DNA of 64,000 bases from positions 1,952,001 through 2,016,000 of the forward strand of contig OZ241841.1 of the NCBI GenBank assembly GCA_965202665.1. Direction: 5' to 3'. The notes beneath the pieces are model-generated. The model was not told the DNA's origin, searched no databases, and saw nothing but the letters and a program-made list of their open reading frames with translations. Below are positions 18,626-28,933 of this stretch, piece by piece. The DNA comes from Candidatus Spongiisociaceae bacterium. Its GTDB lineage: Bacteria; Actinomycetota; Acidimicrobiia; Spongiisociales; Spongiisociaceae. Numbering within the stretch: position 1 is the first letter of the stretch; every line of letters begins with the position of its first letter. A program made the translations under genes and the position numbers.

Positions 18626-20686
18626 ATGTCCGAAAACGCGGTATTGACGATCGCCCTCCTGGCGGGGGCGGCGGCCTTGGTTTTGGCCGCGGTGTACGCC
18701 CGGGCGGTGCTGGCCGCCCATCCCGGCAACCAACGCATGAGGGAAATTTCGGCGGCCATTCGCGAGGGTGCCGACGCTTTTATGCGCCGCGAATACACCT
18801 GGGTGGCGGTGTTCGTGGCCGCCTTGGCCATCCTCATCTCCATCATTCTCCCCTGGGCGCGGCCGTGGGGCTCCATCGCTTACATTTTCGGAGCGGTCCT
18901 GTCGGCCGGGGCTGGGTTCGCCGGAATGCGGATCGCCACCGCCGCCAACTCCCGCACCGCCGAAGCGGCCCGGGCCGGGGGGGTGCGCCGGGCCCTGCCG
19001 GTAGCCTTCCGGGGCGGGGCGGTGATGGGGTTCGCAGTGGCCGGTCTGGGACTCTTGGGCGTGGCTTTGGGCTACCTGGTCTTCGCCAACTGGCTGAACC
19101 TCGATGACCGGTTCAACGTCATCGCCGCCATCGGACTGGGCGGCTCCTCCATCGCCCTGTTCGCCCGGGTGGGGGGAGGCATCTACACCAAGGCGGCGGA
19201 TGTGGGGGCCGACTTGGTGGGCAAGGTGGAGGCGGGGATACCGGAGGACGACCCCCGCAACCCGGCGGTAATCGCCGACAACGTGGGGGACAACGTGGGG
19301 GATGTGGCCGGAATGGGGGCTGACCTGTTCGAGTCCTACGTGGGGGCGTTGGTGGCCCCCATCGTCTACGCGTCCATTGTGTTCGCTTACCGCCCTTTCG
19401 CAATCGAGGCCATCATCTATCCCTTGGCAGTGGCGGCCATCGGAATGTTTTCCGCCATCATCGGGTCCTTTTTCGTGCGGGTGGGCGGCGGCAAGCTGGC
19501 TTCCGCCCTGCATCGGGGCAACAACGTGGCCGCCGGGCTGACCGCCATCGGGGTTCTGATCCTCACCTTGGTCATCTTCGATTCCGGGAGCGGGGTGCGC
19601 AATCCCCTGGGAGTGTTCCTGGCGGTGCTGGCGGGGTTGGCGGTGGGGTTGGCGGTGGGCAAACTGTCGGAGATTTTCACCTCCGACCATTACCGGACGG
19701 TGAAGGAAATCGCCCGCCAGTCGGAGACTGGCCCGGCCACGGTGGTGCTGGCCGGAGTGGCGGAGGGTATGCGCTCGGCCGCTTTTTCGGTGATCGCGGT
19801 GGTAGCCGGCATCTATGGCGCCTATGCCGCCGGGGAATGGGCTATGGGGTCCGACGGAGGCATCTACGGGGTGGCCATCGCCGCCATCGGGGTGCTGTCC
19901 ACTTTGGGGATCACGGTGGCGGTGGACGCCTACGGGCCCATTGCCGACAACGCGGGCGGGATCGCGGAGATGGCCGGCCTCCCCCCTGAAGTGCGGGAAG
20001 CCACCGACGAGTTGGACGCTTTGGGAAACACCACCGCCGCCTTGGGCAAAGGGTTCGCCATCGGCTCGGCGGCGGTGACCGCCCTGGCCCTGTTCTCCGC
20101 CTTCACGCAGGCGGTGGGGTTGAAAACCATCGACATCATCAACGTGGAGACCACCATCGGCCTGTTCTTGGGCGGGATGTTCCCCTTCCTGTTCGCCGCC
20201 CTCACCATCAAGGCGGTGGGGCGGGCCGCCTTTCGCATGATCGAAGAGGTGCGCCGCCAGTTCCGAGAAATTCCCGGACTGTTGGAAGGCGGCCCGCAGG
20301 CCAAACCGGAATACTCCAAGGCGGTTAGCATTGCCACCGGGGCCGCCCTGCGGGAAATGGTGATACCGGGGGCGCTGGCGGTGGTGCTTCCCTTGCTGGT
20401 TGGGTTCATCTTTGGCGCGGAGGCACTGGGGGGCTTGCTGGCCGGGGCGTTGGTGACCGGGTTCCTGTTGGCCATCTTCATGGCCAACGCCGGCGGGGCG
20501 TGGGACAACGCCAAAAAGATGATCGAAGCCGGGGCTTTCGGCGGCAAAGGCTCCGAGCAGCACAAGGCGGCGGTGATCGGGGACACGGTGGGGGACCCGT
20601 TCAAGGACACTTCCGGCCCGGCGATGAACATCGTCATCAAAGTGATGACCATCGTCTCCCTCATCTTCGCTACGGCCTTTGTTTAG
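18626..20686 (+). CDS. hppA: Membrane-bound ion-translocating pyrophosphatase, K+-dependent type
   Basis: DVGADLVGKVE, EDDPRNP, GDTVGDPFKDTSGP; GNTTAA has Ala at the K+-dependence position. Confidence 0.96.
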   Translation: MSENAVLTIALLAGAAALVLAAVYARAVLAAHPGNQRMREISAAIREGADAFMRREYTWVAVFVAALAILISIILPWARPWGSIAYIFGAVLSAGAGFAGMRIATAANSRTAEAARAGGVRRALPVAFRGGAVMGFAVAGLGLLGVALGYLVFANWLNLDDRFNVIAAIGLGGSSIALFARVGGGIYTKAADVGADLVGKVEAGIPEDDPRNPAVIADNVGDNVGDVAGMGADLFESYVGALVAPIVYASIVFAYRPFAIEAIIYPLAVAAIGMFSAIIGSFFVRVGGGKLASALHRGNNVAAGLTAIGVLILTLVIFDSGSGVRNPLGVFLAVLAGLAVGLAVGKLSEIFTSDHYRTVKEIARQSETGPATVVLAGVAEGMRSAAFSVIAVVAGIYGAYAAGEWAMGSDGGIYGVAIAAIGVLSTLGITVAVDAYGPIADNAGGIAEMAGLPPEVREATDELDALGNTTAALGKGFAIGSAAVTALALFSAFTQAVGLKTIDIINVETTIGLFLGGMFPFLFAALTIKAVGRAAFRMIEEVRRQFREIPGLLEGGPQAKPEYSKAVSIATGAALREMVIPGALAVVLPLLVGFIFGAEALGGLLAGALVTGFLLAIFMANAGGAWDNAKKMIEAGAFGGKGSEQHKAAVIGDTVGDPFKDTSGPAMNIVIKVMTIVSLIFATAFV

Positions 20687-20704
20687 GCCGCAGCCCCCGG
20701 TTTC

Positions 20705-22006
20705 GTGACCCGCTCCCGCCGGGATCCCGGCTGGGCGGCCGTTCTGCCCAAAGAAGCCTCCGACGGCGGGCTGTCCGGCGCCCGGCGCATAACTTTCGTC
20801 CGCCACGGCCAGTCCGAGGCCAACCAAGCCGGAATCTGGCAGGGCTCCGGTTCCAGCCCGCTCACCGGGGAGGGCCGCGTCCAGGCCGCCCGGGTGGGAG
20901 CCCGCCTGGCCCGGCGGGAGTTCGACATCGTGCAGTCCTCCGACCTGGAAAGGTGCCGGGACACGGCCGCTGAAGCCGGTTTCACCCCCGAATTGGATTC
21001 CCGGTGGCGGGAAGGCGATTTGGGTGAATGGGAAGGCCTTTCCAGGAAGAAAGTTTGGGAGGAGCACGGCGATTACTTGCGCCGCATCCACTCCGGCGAG
21101 GATCTGCCTTTGGGTTACACCGGGGAGACGGCGGCCGAGGTGGCGGAGCGGGCGGTGTCGGCCATCGATTCCCTTCTCTTCGCCCGGTTGGAGGAGGGGG
21201 GGGAAGCCCTGGTTTTCACCCATGGGGGGCTGATCACCGGGATGGTGCGCCGTCTGCTGGGGATGCCCGTTGAAGGCCGCAATTTGGCGGTGCCCGCCAA
21301 CACCGCCCTCTGCCAGATGGCTTTCCTAGGGGAGCGCGTCGCGCTGACGGCCTACAACGACTCCTCCCACTTGGGTCCGCTCACTCCCTGGGTGGAATGG
21401 GCTCGACGAGAGGGGGCGGCGGTTCTGGAACTGGTGCGGCACGGGGTGACCATCGCCAACCTGGCCCGGCGGGTGCAGGGGCAGAGCGACTGGGGGTTGC
21501 ACGAGGAGGGGCGGCGGCAGGCGGAGGCCCTGGGGCGCTGGATCGGCCCGGTGGATTATTTGTACACTTCGCCCTTGGAGCGGGCCCGGGACACGGCCGG
21601 GATAGCCTTCCAACAGGAGGCGCAACCCCTGGACGATCTGATGGAGATAAACATGGGGGAATGGGAGGGGGAATACTGGGCGGAGTTGGCGGCCGCCGGC
21701 CAGCTGGACGGGCACCGGGCGGGCCGCGACTTGCCCCGGGGCGGGACCGGGGAAACCTGGGCCGAATTGCAGAGGCGGGCGGCCAAAACCATCAACGGAC
21801 TGGCGGTCGCGCATTCCGGATGCCGGGTGGCGGTCGCATCCCACGGCGGAACCATCCGGGCCTACGTAGCGGGGGTGCTGGGATTCGGGTACGGGGAGTT
21901 GGGGCGGCTGGGGGCGTTGGGAAACACTTCGGTCAGCCAAGTTACCGCGGCCGGCGAGCGGGTCACGCTCGTCTCCTACAACGTGACCGGCCACTTGGAG
22001 GACTGA
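20705..22006 (+). CDS. Tandem two-domain histidine phosphatase (phosphoglycerate mutase family)
   Basis: Two RHG motifs (VRHGQS, VRHGVT), each with a later (T/S)HGG. Confidence 0.88.
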   Translation: MTRSRRDPGWAAVLPKEASDGGLSGARRITFVRHGQSEANQAGIWQGSGSSPLTGEGRVQAARVGARLARREFDIVQSSDLERCRDTAAEAGFTPELDSRWREGDLGEWEGLSRKKVWEEHGDYLRRIHSGEDLPLGYTGETAAEVAERAVSAIDSLLFARLEEGGEALVFTHGGLITGMVRRLLGMPVEGRNLAVPANTALCQMAFLGERVALTAYNDSSHLGPLTPWVEWARREGAAVLELVRHGVTIANLARRVQGQSDWGLHEEGRRQAEALGRWIGPVDYLYTSPLERARDTAGIAFQQEAQPLDDLMEINMGEWEGEYWAELAAAGQLDGHRAGRDLPRGGTGETWAELQRRAAKTINGLAVAHSGCRVAVASHGGTIRAYVAGVLGFGYGELGRLGALGNTSVSQVTAAGERVTLVSYNVTGHLED

Positions 22007-22025
22007 GACGGGAGCCGGCGGGCCT

Positions 22026-23108
22026 ATGCGGGTTCTTCTGATAACCAACGATTATCCGCCCCGTCCGGGGGGAATACAGCAGTATCTGGCCAACCTGGTG
22101 GCTCATTCCCGGGCTGAATTCCGAGTGTTGGCCCCCGCCTGCCCGCAGGCCCCCGCCGCTCCCGGCGTGGTGCGGGGCGGGCGGCGTTTCATGTGGCCCA
22201 CCCGCTCCGTCCGCCGATGGGCGGAGGGGCATGTGGAGGAGTTCGCCCCCGATGCGGTCCTCTTCGGGGCGCCTCATCCTTTGGCCTGGCTGGGGCCGGG
22301 CCTGACCGAGCGGTTCGGGGCGCCGTATGCGGTGATGGCGCACGGGGGGGAGGTGACATTGCCCGCCGCCCTGCCCGGGGCGCGGCAGGTTCTGAGGCGG
22401 ATTTTCGGGGGGGCGGCGGCGGTGTTCACGGTGTCGGAGTTCACCGCCCGCCGGGTGCGCAAACTGGCCGGAAAGAACGTCGAGGCGCTGGGGGCGGGGG
22501 TGGATCTGGAAGCCTTTCATCCGGGGGCGGAAACCGAGGAGGGGAAAGGGAGCTTGACATTGGGATGCATCTCCCGGTTCGTGCCCCGCAAAGGGCATCT
22601 GCGGGTGATACGGGCCGCGGAGCGGCTGAAATCCGCCGGGCGGTCGGTGGAAGTGCTGCTGGCGGGGGAGGGCCGTTTGGAGTCCCGTATACGCCGCAGG
22701 GCGGCTCGTTCGGCGGCGGAGGTGCGGGTGGTTTCGGGGGCTCCCTGGGAGGAGTTGCCCGATTTGTACCGGCAATGCGACATTTTCGTAATGCCCTCCC
22801 GCACCCGTTGGCTGGGCCTGGAGGCGGAAGGCCTGGGGATCGTCTACCTGGAGGCGGCCGCCTGCGGGAAGCCGGTGGTGGCAGGAACTTCCGGAGGGGC
22901 CCCGGAGACGGTGGTTCCGGGAGTCACCGGCCTGGTGGCCTCCTCGGCGGCCCGCATCGCGGAGGCGGTGGAGATCATCGCCCCGCGGCGGGGGGAGATG
23001 GGCCGGGCCGCCCGTCGCCGGGCCGAGCAGAGGTTCTCCTGGGAGGATACGTCCCGTCGCTTGGACGCCGGTTTGGAAAAGGCGGTCGGCGGCCGGGAGG
23101 AAGGTTAG
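22026..23108 (+). CDS. GT4 glycosyltransferase, PimB'-like phosphatidylinositol mannosyltransferase
   Basis: TNDYPPRPGGIQ, RFVPRKG, EGLGIVYLEA. Confidence 0.85.
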   Translation: MRVLLITNDYPPRPGGIQQYLANLVAHSRAEFRVLAPACPQAPAAPGVVRGGRRFMWPTRSVRRWAEGHVEEFAPDAVLFGAPHPLAWLGPGLTERFGAPYAVMAHGGEVTLPAALPGARQVLRRIFGGAAAVFTVSEFTARRVRKLAGKNVEALGAGVDLEAFHPGAETEEGKGSLTLGCISRFVPRKGHLRVIRAAERLKSAGRSVEVLLAGEGRLESRIRRRAARSAAEVRVVSGAPWEELPDLYRQCDIFVMPSRTRWLGLEAEGLGIVYLEAAACGKPVVAGTSGGAPETVVPGVTGLVASSAARIAEAVEIIAPRRGEMGRAARRRAEQRFSWEDTSRRLDAGLEKAVGGREEG

Positions 23109-23115
23109 GGGCCGG

Positions 23116-25734
23116 TTACCGCTTGCGGGGGGAGCGCGGTTTGGGCGGCCATTTGCCGTCGTCTTTGAGTTTTTGCCGGCGGGCGGCCAACAACTCGGCG
23201 GCCCGCTCCAAGGTCAGCCCCTCCACCGTGTCGCCTTTCCGCAGGCTGGCGTTGACCACCCCGTCCGACACGTACAACCCGTAACGGCCGTCCTTTACCG
23301 TCACCGCCCCGCCCGACTCCGGGTCGTTCCCCAACTCTTTGAGCGGAGGGGCGGAGCCGCGGCCTCTCCGATCCGGTTTGGGCTGGTTGAACTTGGCCGT
23401 CGCTTCCTCCAGGGTGATTTCCAAGATCTGCCGTTCCGAGTCCAAGTCGCGGGTTTCGAAACCCATCTTCAGATAGGGTCCGTACCGTCCATTGCTGGCC
23501 ATGATCGCCTCCCCGGTGCCGGGGTGGCGGCCCACCTCCCGGGGGATGGACAGCAGGCGCAGGGCGTCGTCCAAGCTGAGCGCGTCCAGTTCCATGTCTT
23601 TGAACAGGGAAGCCCGTTTCGGTTTGCTCTTGGCGCCGCCCTCCCCCAGTTGCACGTACGGGCCGTAGCGTCCGGTCAGCCCCAGCACCACCAGGCCGCT
23701 GTCCGGATCGGTGCCCAGAATCTTCTGGTCGGGCGGTTCCGAGGCGGCCTCCAGCAACGCGGCCGCCCGTTCCAAGGTGAGCTCGTCGGGCGGCAGGTCG
23801 GGGGGTATGGAAGCCCGGCTTTCCCCCCTGACCAGATAAGGCCCGTAGCGGCCCGACCGGGCGTGCACCGACCGGCCCAGTTCGTCGTCGCCGATGTGAA
23901 GGTCCAGTTTCTCGTAGTCGATGCTCCCGATGTTATCGGAGGAAATCATCTTTTGCAGTCCCGGGGCGCCGTTGCCGTAGAAGAAACGGCGCAGCCAGGG
24001 GGCGCGTTCCTGTTCTCCCCGGGCGATGCGGTCCAAATCGTCCTCCATGCGGGCGGTGAAACCGAAATCCACCAGTTCCTCGAAGTAGTTCTCCAGCAGG
24101 GCCACGGTGGTGAAAGCCGTTACGGAGGGGACCAGGGCCGGGCCCTTTTTCCAGACGTATTCGCGTTCGATGATGCGGCTCATGATGCTGGCGTAGGTGG
24201 AAGGGCGCCCGATGCCCTGTTCCTCCAGTTCCTTCACCAACGACGCTTCCGTGAAACGGGCGGGGGGTTTGGTTTGATGATGCTTGGCGTTCACCTCCCG
24301 GGCGGTGGTCGGGTCGTCCGCCGCCAAGTCGGGCAACAGCCGTTCCCGATCCTCCAGTTCCGCTTCTGGGTCGTCGGAGCCCGCCACGTACACCCGCAGG
24401 AAACCGGGGAAGGTGATGGTTTTGCCGGAGGCGGTGAACTCCAGCTCCGTTCCCGCGGCCGTCTCCCCGCCCAGCACCACCTTGGTGAGGGAGCCGCGGG
24501 CGGGGGCCATCTGCGAGGCCAGGGTGCGGTTCCAAATCAGTTCGTACAGGGCCTGCTGATCTTTGTCGTTCACTTGCGCCGCCACCTGCCGGGGGTCGCG
24601 CCACGAATCACCGGCGGGCCGGATGGCCTCGTGGGCCTCCTGGGCGTTTTTGACCTTGCCGGCGTAACGTCTCGGTTTTGCCGACAGGTATTCGGAACCG
24701 AACCTTTCTTGGATGATGCGACGAGCCTGGTCCACCGCGCTCTGGGCGAGGGAGGTGCTGTCGGTGCGCATATAGGTTATGTACCCGCTTTCGTACAGGC
24801 CCTGGGCGGCCCGCATGGTGCGGGAGGCGTTGAACCGGCGCTTGCGGGAGGCTTCCTGTTGCAGGGTGGAGGTGCGGAAAGGAGGGTAGGGGTTGTTGGT
24901 GTAAGGCTTGTTGTCCACGGAGCGGACCGGGAAGGAGCCGCCCTGCGCTTCCCCGGCCAAGGCCGCCGCCCGAGCCTGATCCAAAAGAACCGCCCGTTGG
25001 TTGGTCAGCTCCCCCTGTTGGTTGAAATCCTTGCCGTTGGCCGGGGCGGTTCCGTCGATGGCGGACAGGCGGGCGGTGAACGACTCGTCGGAGCGGGTGA
25101 CGAACACCCCTTCCAAGTCCCACCACTCCGCCGAACGGTGGGCCATCCGCTCCCGTTCCCGTTGCACCACCATCCGCACCGCCACGCTCTGCACCCGCCC
25201 CGCCGACAGGCCGGATTTCACCTTGGCCCACAGCACCGGCGACAGCCCCCACCCCACCAGGCGGTCCAGGGCGCGGCGCGCCTCCTGGGCGTCCACCAGG
25301 TCCTGGTTGATGTCGCGGGGGTTCTCCAAGGCGGCCGCGATGGCTTCGCGGGTGATCTCGTGAAACACCATGCGACGCACCGGCACCTGCGGGTTCAGCA
25401 CCTCCTTCAGATGCCAGGCGATGGCCTCCCCTTCGCGGTCCTCATCGGTGGCCAGAAACAGCTGGGAGACGCCGCGGAGCTTGCCTTTCAGATCGTTGAT
25501 GATTTTCCGGGCTCTGGCCGACACCACGTACAGCGGTTGGAAATCATCCTCTACGTTGATGCCCCAGTCCTTGGCCCACTGCTGGTCGCGGTAACCCTTC
25601 GGGATGTCCTTTTGGGAGCCGGGCAGGTCGCGTATGTGCCCCACCGAAGACTCCACCTGGTACTCCGGGCCCAGGAAGGCTTTGATGGTGCGGGCCTTGG
25701 TAGGCGACTCGACGATTAGCAGTGATTTGGCCAT
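23116..25734 (-). CDS. topA: DNA topoisomerase I, actinobacterial type with C-terminal repeats
   Basis: IVESPTKA, ATDEDREGE, SAGRVQS, GYITYMRTD; repeated GRYGPY. Confidence 0.97.
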   Translation of the reverse strand: MAKSLLIVESPTKARTIKAFLGPEYQVESSVGHIRDLPGSQKDIPKGYRDQQWAKDWGINVEDDFQPLYVVSARARKIINDLKGKLRGVSQLFLATDEDREGEAIAWHLKEVLNPQVPVRRMVFHEITREAIAAALENPRDINQDLVDAQEARRALDRLVGWGLSPVLWAKVKSGLSAGRVQSVAVRMVVQRERERMAHRSAEWWDLEGVFVTRSDESFTARLSAIDGTAPANGKDFNQQGELTNQRAVLLDQARAAALAGEAQGGSFPVRSVDNKPYTNNPYPPFRTSTLQQEASRKRRFNASRTMRAAQGLYESGYITYMRTDSTSLAQSAVDQARRIIQERFGSEYLSAKPRRYAGKVKNAQEAHEAIRPAGDSWRDPRQVAAQVNDKDQQALYELIWNRTLASQMAPARGSLTKVVLGGETAAGTELEFTASGKTITFPGFLRVYVAGSDDPEAELEDRERLLPDLAADDPTTAREVNAKHHQTKPPARFTEASLVKELEEQGIGRPSTYASIMSRIIEREYVWKKGPALVPSVTAFTTVALLENYFEELVDFGFTARMEDDLDRIARGEQERAPWLRRFFYGNGAPGLQKMISSDNIGSIDYEKLDLHIGDDELGRSVHARSGRYGPYLVRGESRASIPPDLPPDELTLERAAALLEAASEPPDQKILGTDPDSGLVVLGLTGRYGPYVQLGEGGAKSKPKRASLFKDMELDALSLDDALRLLSIPREVGRHPGTGEAIMASNGRYGPYLKMGFETRDLDSERQILEITLEEATAKFNQPKPDRRGRGSAPPLKELGNDPESGGAVTVKDGRYGLYVSDGVVNASLRKGDTVEGLTLERAAELLAARRQKLKDDGKWPPKPRSPRKR

Positions 25735-25818
25735 AGGATTCCTATAGATACCCCACCGGTGCGACATTTGTCAAACGGGGGAAAATCATACTAGCCGGTT
25801 TCCTGGTAGTTTTAGCGG

Positions 25819-27186
25819 GTCGCCGACCCCGGAGGGCCCCTGTTACGCCGTGGACCATTCGCCAGACTGTGGTGGGCCAGCGCCGCCTCATCCTGGGGGG
25901 ACTGGATCACCTTCTTCGCCACTTTGGTGTTGGCCAACCGCATCGGCGGCAACAGCGCGGTGCTGGTGCCGCTCATCAGCCGCATCGTACCCGGGCTGGC
26001 CCTGGGGTCGCTGGCCGGGGTGGTGGCCGACCGTTACGACCGCAAGTTCCTGATGCTGGTTTCGGATTTCGGACGGGGGGCGGTGGTGTTGCTGTTTTTG
26101 TTCGCCCAAAACTTGGTGATGCTGGCGGTCATCTCCGCCCTGCTGGAGGTGCTGACCATGATCCGCCAGCCGGCCCGGGAGGCGGCCATACCCACCTTGG
26201 TTCCGCAAAAGAAGTTGATGCAGGCCAACAGCCTGTCGCTGGCCGCCGCCTACGGGACCGCCCCGCTGGGGGCGGCCGCTTGGTCGGGATTGGCCGCCCT
26301 GTTCGCGCTGGCGGGGGCGATGGGCCCCATAGACCGGGGGCCCGATCTGGCTTTTGCGGTGGATTCAATCACCTTCTTCATCTCCGGGGCGCTGGTGTGG
26401 AGCATCCCCATACCCAAGCCGGAACTGGCGGAGCGGTTGCCCGCCGAGCGCATCCGCTTCGACTGGCGGCAGCCGATCCGGGATCTGGTGGACGGGTTTG
26501 CGTTCGTGATCGGCACCAAGTCGGTGCGGCGGGTGGTGCTGGGGATGGCGGTGGCCCTCTTCGGAGGCGGGGCTCTGCTTCCTTTGGGACAGTCGTTCGC
26601 CCGGGACGTGCTGGGGGCGGGGGAGACCGGTTTCGGTTTTCTGGTCACCGCCCTGGGGGTGGGGGTGGGGGTGGGGATGTTGGGGGTGGCCCTTTTCGGC
26701 AGCCGGGGGGCCCGGCACGATCTGGCCTACGCCCTGGGGCTGTGCGCCGCCGGGGTGGCGGTGGGGCTGATGTCCTTCGCCGAAACCATTTGGGGGGCTT
26801 CGGGGTGGAGCATCGTGGCCGGGGCGGGCACCGGATTCGCCTATGTGATGGGATTCACCCATCTGCATCACATAGTGGACGACACCCTCCGGGGACGCAC
26901 CTTCGCCGCCCTGTTCACTTTGGTGCGCAGCGCCATGCTGGTGTCGTTCACCGTGGCGGTGCTGGTGGCTTCCGGGTTGGACGGTCGCTTCCCCGCTCCT
27001 TTCGACAACGGGATTCGCAACGTGTTCGCCATAGCCGGGGGGCTGATCGTGATCACGGGGGCGGTGTCGGTGTTGAGCATCCGTTCCGGCCTGCGCCCCT
27101 CCCTGTCGGCGGAGATGCGGGAATCCTTGGAGGACGCCTCCCACGCCTTGGGCGGGGTGAAAGGCAAACGCAAGGAAAGCCGATGA
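25819..27186 (+). CDS. MFS transporter; true start probably upstream of the TTG at 25924
   Basis: In-frame LRRGPFARLWWASAASSWGDW (MFS helix 1) precedes 25924; GVVADRYDRK motif A. Confidence 0.85.
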   Translation, partial: VADPGGPLLRRGPFARLWWASAASSWGDWITFFATLVLANRIGGNSAVLVPLISRIVPGLALGSLAGVVADRYDRKFLMLVSDFGRGAVVLLFLFAQNLVMLAVISALLEVLTMIRQPAREAAIPTLVPQKKLMQANSLSLAAAYGTAPLGAAAWSGLAALFALAGAMGPIDRGPDLAFAVDSITFFISGALVWSIPIPKPELAERLPAERIRFDWRQPIRDLVDGFAFVIGTKSVRRVVLGMAVALFGGGALLPLGQSFARDVLGAGETGFGFLVTALGVGVGVGMLGVALFGSRGARHDLAYALGLCAAGVAVGLMSFAETIWGASGWSIVAGAGTGFAYVMGFTHLHHIVDDTLRGRTFAALFTLVRSAMLVSFTVAVLVASGLDGRFPAPFDNGIRNVFAIAGGLIVITGAVSVLSIRSGLRPSLSAEMRESLEDASHALGGVKGKRKESR

Positions 27187-27866
27187 GCTTCTACATAGCC
27201 TTGGAGGGCATCGACGGAGCGGGCAAAACCAGTTGCCAGGCGGAACTGGCGCGATGGTTGCGGGGGCAGGGGCAGGAGGTGGTATGCGTACGGGAACCGG
27301 GCTACACGGACATTGGCAAGTTCATACGCCAGTACATATTAAGACGGTCCGTTGATATTTCGCTTTGGGGGGAAGCCGCGATGTTCGCAGCGGACCGGGC
27401 TGAGCTGGTTGCCAAAACGATACTTCCCGCCCTGGATCGGGGCGAGTGGGTGTTGAGCGATCGGTCGGTTTATTCTTCCTTGGCCTACCAAGGTTTGGCG
27501 CAAGACTTGGGCTTGGATGCGGTCCGACGTGTGAATGAGGAGGTGATGGACGGTGTTTGGCCCCACCTCGTCGTGTTATTGGAAGTAGAAACGGGGCTAG
27601 GTTTATCCCGTCAGGAGGACGCTGATCGTATTGGGGGGAAAGATCGATGCTTCATGTCCTTAGTGTCGTACGCCTATGATCAGTTGGCGGAGCGGGAGCC
27701 TGAATTATTTGTGCGGGTTGAAGCCCGAAGCCCTGTCGAATTGGTCGTTCAGCAGGTGGCAAGGCGGATCAGGGAATCGCAAAACCTCACTTTATGGACC
27801 GGAGAATGGGTGCATGAGGAGGATCCTTCATCATTTGAACCAGTCCTTCAATACGGGGATGGATAG
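27183..27866 (+). CDS. tmk: Thymidylate kinase
   Basis: EGIDGAGKT, REPG, SDRSVYSSLAYQG; ATGA overlap with the MFS gene. Confidence 0.93.
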   Translation: MSFYIALEGIDGAGKTSCQAELARWLRGQGQEVVCVREPGYTDIGKFIRQYILRRSVDISLWGEAAMFAADRAELVAKTILPALDRGEWVLSDRSVYSSLAYQGLAQDLGLDAVRRVNEEVMDGVWPHLVVLLEVETGLGLSRQEDADRIGGKDRCFMSLVSYAYDQLAEREPELFVRVEARSPVELVVQQVARRIRESQNLTLWTGEWVHEEDPSSFEPVLQYGDG

Positions 27867-27874
27867 GTTACGTT

Positions 27875-28933
27875 GTGATATTTGAGGGCGTCATCGGACA
27901 TGGGGCGGTTTGCGAACAGCTGGAGAAGGAGGCGCAGTCGCCCGGTCATGCCTATCTGTTTGCGGGCCCGCCCAACTTGGGCAAGGCCTTCGTCGCTTTG
28001 GAGTTCGCCGCCCGGTTGGTGGGGGCGCGGGGAGCGGATCGGGAACGGGTGCGGCGGCGCAGCCATCCGGATGTGGCGGTGCTGGGCCCGGAAGGGAAAA
28101 CCGGACTGGGGGTGGAGCAGGCCCGGGCCGCCATCGCCGCCGCCGGACTGCAACCGGTGGAAAGCGACCGCAAGGTTTTCATCTTCGACGACGGTTCCAT
28201 GATGACCGAAGCGGCGGCCAACGCCCTGCTCAAAACTTTGGAGGAGCCGTCGGCCAGCACCGTAATGATCATCGTGGCGGATGCGGAGGAAGACCTGCCG
28301 GCCACGGTGGCCAGCCGTTGCCGCACCCTTCGTTTCGGGCGGGTGCCGGACAGGGAACTAGCCCGGGCCCTGACCGAATGGGGCCTCAGCGAAGAGCGGG
28401 CCGGGGAGACGGCACGCATCGCCATGGGACGTCCCGGTTTGGCCCTCACCTTCGTGGACCGCCCGGAGGTGGGTGAGTTCCGCCGCCGCTGGCTGTCGGT
28501 CCCCGGCCGGGTGACCTCCCGACCCGGCGACGCTTTCCGATTGGCGGACGAGATGCTGGAGGCATCCGCCCCGTTGCTGGCGGCTTTGGATGAGAGCCAA
28601 AGCAGGGAGGCGGAGGAGGAGCGGGCGCGGGGGGCCGAGGTTCCCCGATCCGTTTTGGACAGCCGCGAACGGGCCCGCCAACGGGCCGGTTCTTCGCTGA
28701 CCGCGGCCGGGTTGGAAATGTTGGCTTCCTGGTACGTGGACGCCATCGCCGCCCAGCACGGGGCGCCGGTGCGCAACCCGGATCTGCCAGCGGCCGAGCT
28801 GGCCAAAATCAGGCCCCGCCGGGCGGTGCGCTCGGCGGAGCTGACCTTGCAGGCCGCGGCCCGACTTCGCATCTATCAGCGCCCCCGGTTGGTCCTGGCT
28901 TGGTTGTTCGCCGGACTTGGCGCCGATACCTAG
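27875..28933 (+). CDS. holB: DNA polymerase III subunit delta'
   Basis: HAYLFAGP, HPDV, AANALLKTLEEP, TVASRC; follows tmk. Confidence 0.93.
   Translation: MIFEGVIGHGAVCEQLEKEAQSPGHAYLFAGPPNLGKAFVALEFAARLVGARGADRERVRRRSHPDVAVLGPEGKTGLGVEQARAAIAAAGLQPVESDRKVFIFDDGSMMTEAAANALLKTLEEPSASTVMIIVADAEEDLPATVASRCRTLRFGRVPDRELARALTEWGLSEERAGETARIAMGRPGLALTFVDRPEVGEFRRRWLSVPGRVTSRPGDAFRLADEMLEASAPLLAALDESQSREAEEERARGAEVPRSVLDSRERARQRAGSSLTAAGLEMLASWYVDAIAAQHGAPVRNPDLPAAELAKIRPRRAVRSAELTLQAAARLRIYQRPRLVLAWLFAGLGADT

Noticed and set aside
16766-21223. 1485-aa minus-strand ORF and similar long antisense ORFs (23173-25719, 37822-40023, 40946-42733, 47840-49810, 58303-60315)
   Set aside because: Shadow frames of well-supported genes in high-GC DNA; no recognisable motifs.
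25869-27866. 665-aa ORF suggesting an MFS-Tmk fusion
   Set aside because: MFS and tmk are in different frames with an ATGA overlap; the upstream part of this ORF is an off-frame reading.
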